From NCBI GenBank assembly GCA_002104945.1, contig MCFH01000083.1:62001-126000 (forward strand): a stretch of 64,000 nt of DNA, read 5' to 3'. A model generated the notes under the pieces. It was not told the origin of the DNA. It saw nothing but the letters and a program-made list of their open reading frames with translations, and did not search any database. The stretch is from Piromyces finnis finn (taxonomy: Eukaryota; Fungi; Neocallimastigomycota). This document shows, piece by piece, positions 1 through 10,362 of the stretch. The position numbers and the translations under genes are program-made. How positions within the stretch are numbered: position 1 is the first letter of the stretch; each line of letters starts with the position of its first letter.

Positions 1-1074
1 TAATTTTTTGTAATCAATACAAAGACGTAACGATCCATCCTTCTTTTTCTGAAATAAAACAGGATAACCAGCTGGAGATTCAGATGGTCTAATGAATCCT
101 TTCTTGAGATTTTCATCTATGTATTCTTTAAGAACTAGAGATTCATCTTCAGATAGAGGATATATAGGACCATAATGTAAAGAAGCATCTTTTTGTAAAA
201 CGATTTTACAATCCGTTAGCCTATGTGGTGGTAGTTTATCAGCCTTAACCTTGCTGAAAACTTCCGCTAAATCACGATATGGTTCTGGTACTTCTTCTAA
301 TTTGAAGTCTTCTTCATTATCATCTTCATCATCAGTATTATAATCTTTTTCTCTATTAGCTAAAAATGAGTGAATAAAGTAATTATAGCTGAAATTTTGA
401 TATTTTGGTTTAGAGCAATTTTTCAAATTATTAAAAGATGTATTGGAAGTTAATTTATTATGATTAATGTTTTTAATTTTTAAATTTTTGGATTTATTCA
501 ATCGGTTTTTATTAATTTTATATATAATTTTATTAGAATTTAATTTTTTAAAATTGTTAAAATTTAAACTTGAATATACAAAATTTTTATTATAATTAAA
601 ATGTAGTTGATATTTGTGTAAAAATTTATTGCCTAATAACAAATCTATTGGAAGATTTTTAATAATTAGAAATTTTTCTTTAAAAGTAATTAAAAATTTT
701 GAATGATTAATATAGATAGTAGTCTTAAAATATAAGAAGGTGTATGTATCAATAAATATTGAACCACTAATTCCATTTATTTCAATTGAGTGTAATAATT
801 TGTGTGGTTTTAGTTTTAATTTATTGACCAAGTTGATTGAAATAAAGTTGCAATATGAGCCACTATCTAAAATTAAATTGTATTGATTTTTATTAATTGA
901 ATTTTTTAAATCATAAAGTTTGTTTAATTTAATTGGGATAAAAAATTTTAAGTTGAAAAATGTTGTAGGCAATTTTTTATTTATTTTAGAGTCATATGTA
1001 GGAAAGTTGTAATGTATTATTTTTGTATTATGAACTCTCTTAGACTCTCTTGAGAGTTCATTTCTTAGTTTTTT
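1..1074 (-). CDS. Gypsy family B pol (retropepsin protease + start of reverse transcriptase), runs off the left edge of the window
   Basis: Manual translation of the minus strand is open from the slippery site at 1068-1074 down to base 1. It gives LILDSGSYCNFIS (aspartic protease), IDLLLGNKFL, then LPPHRLTDCKIVL...YGPIYPLS...KGFIRPSESPAGYPVLFQKKKDGSLRLCIDYKKL (Gypsy RT N-terminus). Confidence 0.92.
1030..1074 (-). promoter_or_regulatory. -1 programmed ribosomal frameshift signal (A AAA AAC + 6-nt spacer + 10-bp stem-loop) joining family-B gag to pol
   Basis: Minus strand reads TCA AAA AAC TAA (gag stop at 1065-1067). ATGAACTCTC pairs with GAGAGTTCAT (1030-1039 / 1052-1061). The -1 frame is open into the protease. 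Confidence 0.85.
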
Positions 1075-1263
1075 GAGTTCATTTTTTGAACTTTATTGAC
1101 ATAATTATTATTATTGTTTGAATTTTGATAATGGGTTTTATTCTTATTGAATTTCCTATTGTTTCTCTTATTGTAATGTTGATTTTTATTATTATTATTA
1201 TTGATATTTAATTTATTATTAGTAGCAAGAGAATTTTCAAAAATTATACACTTTGTAACCATT
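1065..1263 (-). CDS. Gypsy family B gag, C-terminal part (continuation of 7465-8182 across the family-A insertion)
   Basis: Removing 1264-7469 rejoins ...PNTLSEMV|TKCIIFENSLATNN...KMNSKN* in frame. Confidence 0.88.
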
Positions 1264-1867
1264 TGTAAAGACATCAAACGCCTCTGTTTGATATCTTTAA
1301 TGTAACTTAAGCCACAAGTATTATTGTTTAAGTTACACAAATTATATTCAGAAAAAGAAAATGAGACATAATTTATTTATTAATAATTAAAGTTTAAAAC
1401 AAAATAAATTATTAGTTTATTTTTAATGTTTAACAAGTAAATTAATATTCTCAATTTAAATCCCTAGTTTTAGTATTGTTTTTTCATAGAAATAAATAAA
1501 TAATAAATGATTAATATATCAATAATACATGGGCACATATTCAAATTGAATAGTACTTAATTTGAATTGCCAATTGTATTTTACTAAAAATAGTTATAGT
1601 TTAAATATTTATTAATAATTAAGATTTTAGTGTAGATTTTAAATAATAATATATAAGAAATAAATAGTTATAATATAATATAAATGTATTTAGGAAAAAT
1701 ATAAATAGAAGATATTTTTCATCATTTTATCGATGTAATTGTTATTATTAAAATTCTATTATAATAAAAGATATTTTTAATAAAACAATTTTTTATTTTT
1801 ATTTTAAATTTAGTGTTATTGTAATAGAATAGATATCCTAATCTATTCTTTCTGTGTCGACTTTACA
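1264..1867 (+). repeat. 5' LTR of family A copy 1
   Basis: Starts TGTAAAG and ends CTTTACA; near-identical to 6860-7464. Confidence 0.96.
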
Positions 1868-1878
1868 ATAACAATTAC
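1868..1878 (+). promoter_or_regulatory. Self-priming primer-binding site ATAACAATTAC
   Basis: Immediately 3' of the LTR and the exact reverse complement of GTAATTGTTAT at 1735-1745 inside the LTR, which lies 35 nt downstream of TATAAATA (1700-1707). No TGG tRNA-type PBS is present. Confidence 0.85.
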
Positions 1879-2230
1879 CCAACGAAGATAGAGAATACGT
1901 TAGGGTATCTACCGCCGGGTACAAAAAGCAAGAAAGAACTTTAATTACTGGTTAGAATTGGAAACTACCGCCGAATAAAAAGAAAGAAGAAATTTTGACT
2001 ACTGGTTAGAATTAGAAACTACCACCGAGTGCAAGAAGAAAGAAGAATTAACCAATATTAATTAGTAATACAAAACTTGTTCGACACTGCTTTGCAGAAC
2101 GCGTTTGAATAACTTTTGTATTAGGATAAATTGTAGTAGTGTAATTAAAAAAAAAAAAAAATTTAAGATTACTTACTTGAAATAGTAGTAAGAAACCATT
2201 TTAATTTTATATTATATATTATATTTTGAA

Positions 2231-5200
2231 TTGGAGGATTTAATTAGTGAGTTTGAAAATTTAAATTTAGAAATGGGTGATAGGAATGTGGGTGTTTCCG
2301 GGAACTCGGGGAACATTATTAATGCTCCACCGACATTTTCTGGTAAACAAAGAGAATTGGATGGATTTTTAACTAGAGTGGAGTTGGTATTTCGTACTCG
2401 ACCGACACTGTATAATACAGATCGAGTCAAGGTCGACTTCGTTATATCATACTTTTCTGGTAAACCTTTGGAATGGGCTTCAGTGTTGATGAAGAATAAT
2501 AGTGGGGTTTTAAACCATTATGATGAATTTGTAGATAGGTTGAAGGCTAATTTTGGCAGTTATAGATACGATACCGTTGTAGCTAACGGTAAATTAGATA
2601 ATCTTCGCCAAAGGAAACTTGGTCAGGTATTAGATTACATTACCGAGTTTCAACGTATTAGCCAAAATTCAAGCTTTAATGATAGCGCAAAAATCTACAT
2701 GTTTCTGAAAGGTTTATTACCACCACTTAGGGAGAAGTTGGCTTTCATTGAATCAAACCCAACTTCAATTGAACAATTGATTTCTTCAACTATTTTAGTT
2801 GAAGATATGATGAAAAGGAATTCGCTTAGTGAATTTTATTTTAATGGTAGAAGGGCTAACGATCCTATGGATGTGGATGTATTTAGAATTAGTAGAGAAA
2901 ATAAACGCAAAAGGTATGTGAATATCCAAGGATCAAGTAAAAATTACAATGAAAACATAGACAATTTTGAAGAAGAAAAGAAAAAGGGGTTATGTTTTCT
3001 TTGTAAACAACCGGGACATTTAAAGTTTAATTGTCCTAATAGAGTAAAGCCCAGAAAAGTGTTAAGAATTGTTAAAGAAAGGACTCCAAAAATTGTTAAT
3101 CCAAAAATTTACAAAGTTGGAGTCAAGGGAGTGAAAAGTGATTTAAACCTTGTGGACTTTTACTTGAGTACCAATGAAGTTTCGGAAGTTAAGATTAAGG
3201 TTTTAATTGATTCCGGTTCTGAATTAAATTTCATTAATCCAAGTCTTGCTGAAGAACTTGGTATTAATTTGGAAAAAGTGGAACCATTCCGTGTTTCAGG
3301 TGTTAGTGATGGAGTTGTTAGTGTTTGGGAAAGGACTGAGAAGTGCATGCTCCGTTGCAAAAATCACTTCGAAGTAATTCAACTTTATGGATTACAAGTC
3401 CCCGGTGTTGATGTTATTCTTGGTTTGCCGTGGATAAAGAAGCATAATCCAAATGCTTTCTACGACTCTAAGAAAATCGCTTTTAGTTCTGGTTATTGTG
3501 CCAGACATTGTAATAAAGGCAAAAGAAAGAGAAAACCAAGAAAGAAGTCAAAGAATGATCAGTTAGATCATGATGTTCTCGACCGAAGCTTGACCAAAAA
3601 GCCGAAAGTAGATCCCTCTGTCCCAAAAAATGAAGAAAAAGAATATGTTAAAGGCCGCCTTGTTAGAACCATCAATGATGAAGATGATAGCGATGATGAA
3701 TATATTAGTTTTAATAAAAAAGTTAAATGGATTGTAACAAAAATTAATGAAACATGTAATAATGATAACGAATCATGTAGTAATAATAATAATAATGGAA
3801 AAGATATTAATAAAGATAAATTGGTCGCCGTACCAACCCAATATTTAGAATTTAGTGAAGTGTTTAATGAAAAAAATTGTGAAGTGTTACCTCCTCATAG
3901 ACCTTATGATTGTGAAATCAAACTTAAAGATGATTCGACTTTATTTTATGGACCTTTGTATCCATTAACTGAAGTTGAAAGAGAGGAACTTAAAAAATAT
4001 ATTGATGATAATTTAAATAAAGGTTTTATTAGGAAATCATCGTCTCCTGCTGGTGCCCCAATTTTATTTGTTAAAAAGAAGGATGGCTCCCTAAGACTTT
4101 GTATCGATTATAGAAAGTTGAATGATATTACCATTCGTAATTCATATCCTTTACCTTTAATTAGTGACCTTTTGGATAGGGTGAAAAATGCTAAGATTTT
4201 TACTAAATTAGACCTTAAATCCGCTTATAATCTTGTTCGTATTAAAGAAGGTGACGAATACAAAACGGCTTTTCGTACTAGATATGGACATTTTGAATAT
4301 CTGGTTATGCCTTTTGGATTAAAGAATGCACCTGCAACTTTTCAACACTTCATTAACGATGTCCTTAGTGACTATTTAGACGATTTTGTTATCTCATATA
4401 TTGATGATATTCTTATTTATTCTAATAATATCGAAGAACATCATGAGCATGTTAAAAAGGTACTTAAGAAACTACTTGAAAATAATCTTTATGTTAAATT
4501 AGAAAAATGTGAGTTTGATGTTGAGAAAACCACTTTTCTTGGTTATGTCATTTCAAAAGATGGGTTGCAAATGGACGAAAATAAAGTTAAAGCAATTCTC
4601 GATTGGCCGGTTCCCAAGAATGTTAAAGAGGTTCAGTCTTTTATTGGTTTATGCAATTATTACAGAATTTTTATTAAAGACTTTGCTAAAATTGCAAACC
4701 CTCTTCACAAACTCACTAGAAAGAATGTTGCTTTTAACTGGGTGAAAGAAGATCAGGACGCTTTTATTTTATTAAAATCTCTGTTCACGTCAGCTCCTAT
4801 TCTGAAACATGCGGATAGTAATAAACAATTTATTGTAGAAACTGATGCTAGTAATTATGCTGTCGGTGCTATTCTCTCTCAAGAATTTGATGGCAAATTA
4901 CATCCTATTGCATTTCTTTCTAAAAGTTTGACGAGTTGTCAAAGAAACTATCCTATATATGACAAGGAACTTTTAGCTATTGTAGTTGCTCTTGAAGAAT
5001 GGCGTCATTATTTAGAAGGTGCACGCCATCCGTTCATAATTTATACTGATCACAAGAATTTAACATTTCCTAGAAAACCTGAAATGTTATCTCAGAGACA
5101 AATTAGATGGAATTTGTTCTTATCCAGATTTGATTTTAAACTCATTTATAGAGCTGGAAAGAAATCCGGTAAGCCTGATATCCTGTCTCGTAGAAGTGAC

Positions 5201-6823
5201 CATTTAGAGAATAATATTAATTCTGATGTTTCTTGTCTTACTATTTCGTTTCATCATAGCGATAACAAACCGTTAATCGATTCTATTTTATTAGAACTTA
5301 AAAATGACGATTTGTATAATTCTATTGTCCAATTTAAAATGAATGGTTCTGCATGTAATGCACCTATTAAAAATATTGATAAAGTTATTATTGATAACGA
5401 GGGATTTTTGTTATATAATAATCTTATTTATGTTCCTAAATCTCTTAGGACAAGAGTTTTGGAACTTCATCATGATTCTGTTGCTGCTGGTCATTTCGGT
5501 ATTAAGAAAACCACTGAACTGATTTCCAGAAACTTTTGGTGGCCAAGGTTTCATTCAGACGTTAAATCTTTTATCAAATCTTGCGTGACTTGTTGCAAAT
5601 CCAAAGTCCCCAGACATAAGCCTTATGGATTGTTATCCCCTTTGGACACTCCCAGTAGGCCCTGGTCTGATATTTCTATTAATTTTATTGTTGATCTTCC
5701 TAAGTCCAGAGATATGACAACTCTCATGGTTGTTGTCGATAGATTTACTAAATTTGCTCACGCCATTCCTTTACGTTGTCTTCCTACTGCTTCGATTGCT
5801 GCTGATGCTTTTATTGCTAATGCCTTCCGTTTGCATGGTCTTCCTGATTCCATCATTTCTGATAGAGGCTCGCAATTTACTTCTGACTTTTGGTCAAGAC
5901 TTTGTGACCTTCTTAATATCAATCATTCATTATCAACTGCCAACCATCCGCAGACAGATGGTCAAACGGAGAGGGTGAACGGCATATTAGAACAATATTT
6001 CCGTTGTTTTATAAATAAAAAGCAGAATAACTGGGTTGATCTTATCCCATTTGCTGAATTTGCTTATAATAATACTTTACAACAATCTATAAATCAATCT
6101 CCATTCTTTGCTAATTATGGTTTTCATCCAAAGTTCAGCTTAGAAATTCCAGCTAATGATAGACCTAGTAGAGCTGAACAAAGAGTAATTGATATGAATG
6201 AAAACTTTAAATTATTAAAAGAAAACTTAGAAAAAGCAAAAGAAACATATAAGAAATATGCCGATATGAAGAGAATGATTCCCCCGGAGTTCGAAGTGGG
6301 AAAGAAGGTATGGTTATTGAAAGATTCTCCTGGAACTAACCTAAAGAGAAAATTAGCACCTCAAATGCTTGGCCCATTTGAGATAATTGAAAAAGTTAGT
6401 TCTCTCGCTTTCAAATTGAAACTTCCAAAGACAATGAGATGTCATCCAGTCTTTCATGTTTCATTGTTAGAACCATACTTTGAAAACAAGTTTAACGACA
6501 GGTCTAATCGTAGGAAGAGGAACATTCACCTTAACACAGATTTAATTGAAAAAATTCCAGAGAAAATTGAAAAGATGAAATCTGTTAATGGTGAAACATT
6601 TTATAAGTTATCATGGAAAGGATTTGACAAATCCACTTGGATTTCTGAAGATCAGATTCCAGATAAACAATTAATACAAGAGTTTGAAAGAAACTCTAAA
6701 AAGTCAAAATATAAGTCGAACGACTCCTCCATGAAAATTAGAAAGAATAAAGGTGGTAATCTAATCAAGCACAGATACCAACCATTTGTAATTGAAATTC
6801 CTTCGAGAAAAGATTCCTTATAA
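2231..6823 (+). CDS. Single-ORF Gag-PR-RT-RNaseH-IN-chromodomain polyprotein (first ATG at 2273); integrase first catalytic Asp mutated to Asn
   Basis: CCHC knuckle CFLCKQPGHLKFNC; protease LIDSGS; RT YIDDILIYS; RNaseH ETDASNYAVGAIL; IN GHFG..CVTC..ISDRGSQF..GQTERVN; chromodomain YKLSWKGFDKSTW. DISINFI (AAT, 5681-5683) versus DISIDFI in copy 2. Confidence 0.97.
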   Translation: MEDLISEFENLNLEMGDRNVGVSGNSGNIINAPPTFSGKQRELDGFLTRVELVFRTRPTLYNTDRVKVDFVISYFSGKPLEWASVLMKNNSGVLNHYDEFVDRLKANFGSYRYDTVVANGKLDNLRQRKLGQVLDYITEFQRISQNSSFNDSAKIYMFLKGLLPPLREKLAFIESNPTSIEQLISSTILVEDMMKRNSLSEFYFNGRRANDPMDVDVFRISRENKRKRYVNIQGSSKNYNENIDNFEEEKKKGLCFLCKQPGHLKFNCPNRVKPRKVLRIVKERTPKIVNPKIYKVGVKGVKSDLNLVDFYLSTNEVSEVKIKVLIDSGSELNFINPSLAEELGINLEKVEPFRVSGVSDGVVSVWERTEKCMLRCKNHFEVIQLYGLQVPGVDVILGLPWIKKHNPNAFYDSKKIAFSSGYCARHCNKGKRKRKPRKKSKNDQLDHDVLDRSLTKKPKVDPSVPKNEEKEYVKGRLVRTINDEDDSDDEYISFNKKVKWIVTKINETCNNDNESCSNNNNNGKDINKDKLVAVPTQYLEFSEVFNEKNCEVLPPHRPYDCEIKLKDDSTLFYGPLYPLTEVEREELKKYIDDNLNKGFIRKSSSPAGAPILFVKKKDGSLRLCIDYRKLNDITIRNSYPLPLISDLLDRVKNAKIFTKLDLKSAYNLVRIKEGDEYKTAFRTRYGHFEYLVMPFGLKNAPATFQHFINDVLSDYLDDFVISYIDDILIYSNNIEEHHEHVKKVLKKLLENNLYVKLEKCEFDVEKTTFLGYVISKDGLQMDENKVKAILDWPVPKNVKEVQSFIGLCNYYRIFIKDFAKIANPLHKLTRKNVAFNWVKEDQDAFILLKSLFTSAPILKHADSNKQFIVETDASNYAVGAILSQEFDGKLHPIAFLSKSLTSCQRNYPIYDKELLAIVVALEEWRHYLEGARHPFIIYTDHKNLTFPRKPEMLSQRQIRWNLFLSRFDFKLIYRAGKKSGKPDILSRRSDHLENNINSDVSCLTISFHHSDNKPLIDSILLELKNDDLYNSIVQFKMNGSACNAPIKNIDKVIIDNEGFLLYNNLIYVPKSLRTRVLELHHDSVAAGHFGIKKTTELISRNFWWPRFHSDVKSFIKSCVTCCKSKVPRHKPYGLLSPLDTPSRPWSDISINFIVDLPKSRDMTTLMVVVDRFTKFAHAIPLRCLPTASIAADAFIANAFRLHGLPDSIISDRGSQFTSDFWSRLCDLLNINHSLSTANHPQTDGQTERVNGILEQYFRCFINKKQNNWVDLIPFAEFAYNNTLQQSINQSPFFANYGFHPKFSLEIPANDRPSRAEQRVIDMNENFKLLKENLEKAKETYKKYADMKRMIPPEFEVGKKVWLLKDSPGTNLKRKLAPQMLGPFEIIEKVSSLAFKLKLPKTMRCHPVFHVSLLEPYFENKFNDRSNRRKRNIHLNTDLIEKIPEKIEKMKSVNGETFYKLSWKGFDKSTWISEDQIPDKQLIQEFERNSKKSKYKSNDSSMKIRKNKGGNLIKHRYQPFVIEIPSRKDSL

Positions 6824-6859
6824 ATTAATCTCGCAGGAGCTCGACTTAGAGAGAGAGAT

Positions 6860-7464
6860 TGTAAAGACATCAAACGCCTCTGTTTGATATCTTTAATGTA
6901 ACTTAAGCCACAAGTATTATTGTTTAAGTTACACAAATTATATTCAGAAAAAGAAAATGAGACATAATTTATTTATTAATAATTAAAGTTTAAAACAAAA
7001 TAAATTATTAATTTATTTTTAATGTTTAACAAGTAAATTAATATTCTCAATTTAAATCCCTAGTTTTAGTATTGTTTTTTTTATAGAAATAGATAAATAA
7101 TAAATGATTAATATATCAATAATACATGGGCACATATTCAAATTAAATAGTACTTAATTTGAATTGCCAATTGTATTTTACTAAAAATAGTTATAGTTTA
7201 AATATTTATTAATAATTAAGATTTTAGTGTAGATTTTAAATAATAATATATAAGAAATAAATAGTTATAATATAATATAAATGTATTTAGGAAAAATATA
7301 AATAGAAGATATTTTTCATCATTTTATCGATGTAATTGTTATTATTAAAATTCTATTATAATAAAAGATATTTTTAATAAAACAATTTTTTATTTTTATT
7401 TTAAATTTAGTGTTATTGTAATAGAATAGATATCCTAATCTATTCTTTCTGTGTCGACTTTACA
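6860..7464 (+). repeat. 3' LTR of family A copy 1
   Basis: Follows the PPT; TG...CA; followed by TSD CCATT. Confidence 0.96.
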
Positions 7465-8182
7465 CCATTTCACTTAAAGTGTTAGGTAAAATATCAGCTT
7501 TCTTAATTTCATTCTTATATTTTGGATGTAAACCATTTAAAAATATTAGTGAAAGACTAATGTCATCTATCTCTAAACAACGACTTAAATCTCTAAATTT
7601 GTTAATATAATCGTTCACTTTTCCATAAGCTTGTCTTAATTCTATTAATTGAATCATGGCTAATTTGGTACTGGTAACATTTGAAAAAGCTTTGTTTAAT
7701 TCACTTAATAGTTCGTTCATAGTCATAGGAGTAATACCATCTTTATATTTAATATGATACCAAGTTCTGGCAGAATCACGTAATCTAACAACAACAAAGT
7801 TAATTTTTACTTCTTCAGATAGTTGATTGTTAGGTGGAGTTTTAAAGGTAGCTTGGCAGAGTTCGCAGAATAACTCAGTCTGAGTAGTATCACCAGTAAA
7901 GAATCCTGGATCTGGTACTTGTTTGATAGGATAGGTTCTATTACGCATTATAACATCATGATCTTCATCATAATCAGTAGAAGATTCCTCGGTTTCAGTA
8001 TAATTAGCACGACTCTTAAGTTCCTTTAACATAGCATCCATACGTTCTAACAAGGAGGTGGTATTTTTATCCAATTGTTGAGTGATATACTTGTCTAATT
8101 CACCACAAAGATTTTTCTTAAATTCTTCTAAATCTTGAGGCTTTAGGAATTGTTGAACTGGTTTAGGTGTTGGTTGAGTCAT
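7465..8182 (-). CDS. Gypsy family B gag, N-terminal part (interrupted by family A insertion)
   Basis: 240-aa ORF with retrotransposon-gag-like motifs (PDPGFFTGD, KINFVVVRLRDSARTWY, YINKFRDL, FLNGLHPKYKNEI). It ends exactly at the TSD. Confidence 0.88.
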
Positions 8183-8240
8183 TTTTTTTTTTAAATTTTT
8201 AAATTAAGTTTTTTCCTAAGGTAGTTATGGTAAAAAACGC

Positions 8241-8631
8241 GGTAAAGATTATTGTAAAAGTTTTACTAAACTTATAATTTAATATTAAAATATCAAATTA
8301 AATAAAAGGTTAAGAGATAACTAGGTTAGAAAAAAAAATGTTTTATTAAAATAATCTTAATTGATTTATAAATGAATAATTAAATTATATATTATGGTTA
8401 AAATAATTTCTTTTATTTTATTTAATGATATATTGCTAAAATATATAATAATAAGATTATTTAGTAGTAATACTCATTAAGTATTAATTATTATTAATAG
8501 TTAATAATTTATAGTTAATAATCTTTAGTTAATAATTTATAGTTAATAATTTAATAATTTATGGTTAATAATTTTTGGTTAATAATCTTTACAAAGATTT
8601 TAATTTCATAAACTATTCTAAACTATTTATA
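8241..8631 (-). promoter_or_regulatory. Family B 5' LTR 3' end (8253), self-priming PBS ATAATCTTTAC (8242-8252), complementary site (8582-8592) and TATAAATA (8624-8631); distal LTR boundary not resolved
   Basis: The minus strand reads ...CTTTTACA|ATAATCTTTACC. The complement GTAAAGATTAT occurs on the same strand at 8582-8592, 39 nt downstream of TATAAATA. The partner LTR lies outside the window. Confidence 0.65.
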
Positions 8632-9367
8632 CTATTTGCAATTTTACATTTAATAATAAAATAACTTTTCAATACATGATTATATTCATAATATATTTTA
8701 TAATACTTAAACTAAACTTAAGACTTATTCCTAATTATTAAAAAATAACTATTGTTTATAATATTCATAATATTAATTATTTCTTAATTATAATATAATT
8801 CATTGAATATAATATTAATAATTATAATCCTCTAGTTCAAAGATTATAAATTATGTTATTGAAATAATTATTATAAAATAAAGTTAATTAGTTCCGGAAA
8901 ATAATGTTGATTTAATTAAACAATAATTTTTATACTTTGAGTGAATGATTTATGTTTGATATATCAGGGGTGATCATTCTCTGAATAAACAATTAATCAT
9001 TGCTAACAAAATATCTTTAAATTGGAATATCTCGTGAACCAGCAGAGATATTGACCTGATTTTAAGATATGTTGTTTGTCTCGAGCGTGGCTTTCTAACG
9101 AACGTAATTATAACCAAAATATTTTTATTCAAAAATCGTCATTCGTTGAGGAGATACGCGTGTTTTTTCTTATTCCATTTTAACGATAAGGGTTAAAGTT
9201 ATTTATTATAAAAATTATTAAGGGTTAAGGTCATATTTTAACCTTTCCTAAATTTTTAAATATTTCTTAATAAAATTTTATAATTTATTTGAAAATAAAC
9301 TATTTGTTGATTTTGAATTTTCATAAGTGATTTCACAATTCCAAGTGATCTTGAAATTGTAATTTCA

Positions 9368-9938
9368 CTAGTATTCGTGACAATTAAATAAGAATTAATA
9401 ATTATTCAATAAATAATTATTAATTCTTACAAATTGTAAAAGGTTTTTATATTATTAGTTAATAAGTTACTAATTAGTTAATTAAGTTAGTTATTACCTC
9501 TCTATACGAGTTAATAACTAAATAAAGTTTTATAAAAAATAATAAAAGAAAGAAAATAAATATTATAACACTAAAATAAATATAAACACTTATATAAATA
9601 TTTTATGAAATAACTTTTACTTAAATAATTATATTTTAATTATATCTTTTATTTATTTATTATAATTATCTACATTAATTATTATTATAGCTATTAATTT
9701 ACTTTAATACTAACGCTAAAGTATTTAACGTTAGTTTTGACTATACTATTTAACTATATGAGTTTATTTTCTTTACCACTTGATTGGGTAAAGCAAATAA
9801 ACTTCCTATTTAATTAATAACCATTAATATATGGTTATACATATATTTGGCCAATAAATGATGACCAGAATATATGGTTTCAATTGAAATATTTGTGGGC
9901 AAACTTATGGCCACAAATATTTCTTACACGAATACTAG
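9368..9938. mobile_element. Small non-autonomous element bounded by 12-bp inverted repeats with subterminal hairpins (Helitron/Helentron-like or MITE-like)
   Basis: CTAGTATTCGTG (9368-9379) is inverted to CACGAATACTAG (9927-9938). There is an 18-bp-stem hairpin at 9389-9429 and a 13-bp-stem hairpin at 9886-9923, each just inside a CTAG end. Confidence 0.45.
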
Positions 9939-9944
9939 AAATAA

Positions 9945-10015
9945 CTAAATTGTCTTAGTGGTTAGTAGCTAAGACTTTGAGTCTGAATGACACTAGTTCG
10001 AGACCTCATAGATAC
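9945..10015 (+). pseudogene. Degenerate tRNA-Gln(UUG)-like sequence / possible SINE head
   Basis: A-box-like TAGTGGTTAG, anticodon-like AGA-CTTTGAG-TCT and B-box-like GTTCGAGAC; acceptor and T stems pair poorly. Confidence 0.35.
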
Positions 10016-10362
10016 TATTTTAAAAAAATTATAATTTTATTTTATTTTATTTTATTTTTAAATTTTATTTTATATGAAGATTATTGATTGGTTAAGAATT
10101 TTAAGTTGAAAAAATTTTATAAATTAATTTAAAAATTTTTTAGTATAAATACGAGTGAATTTTCCCAAATATTTTAAAGAATCGAGATTTTATTAATAAA
10201 TAATTATATTATTAAACACTAACTTATTAAGTTAAATTCTATGTGTTTTTAATGATATTTTTATAAATTAATAATTTACAGAATATTTTAAAGTGTTAAT
10301 ATTACTAAGTTATTTAGTAAATATTATAATTTGTTTTATTGTTAAAGACACATTTCTTTACA

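Larger units (their letters stand above)
1264..7464 (+). mobile_element. Complete Ty3/Gypsy chromovirus LTR retrotransposon, family A copy 1, nested in family-B gag
   Basis: TG...CA LTRs at 1264-1867 and 6860-7464; 5-bp TSD CCATT (1259-1263 and 7465-7469); single gag-pol ORF; PPT AGAGAGAGAGA at 6848-6858. Confidence 0.97.

Noticed and set aside
6652-6936. Repeated MCNLNNNTCGLSY... ORFs (1065, 6652, 11231, 61033) and other short ORFs overlapping gag-pol
   Set aside because: Antisense shadows of the LTR/pol end. Only the non-LTR part of 1065-1340 is real (family B gag tail).
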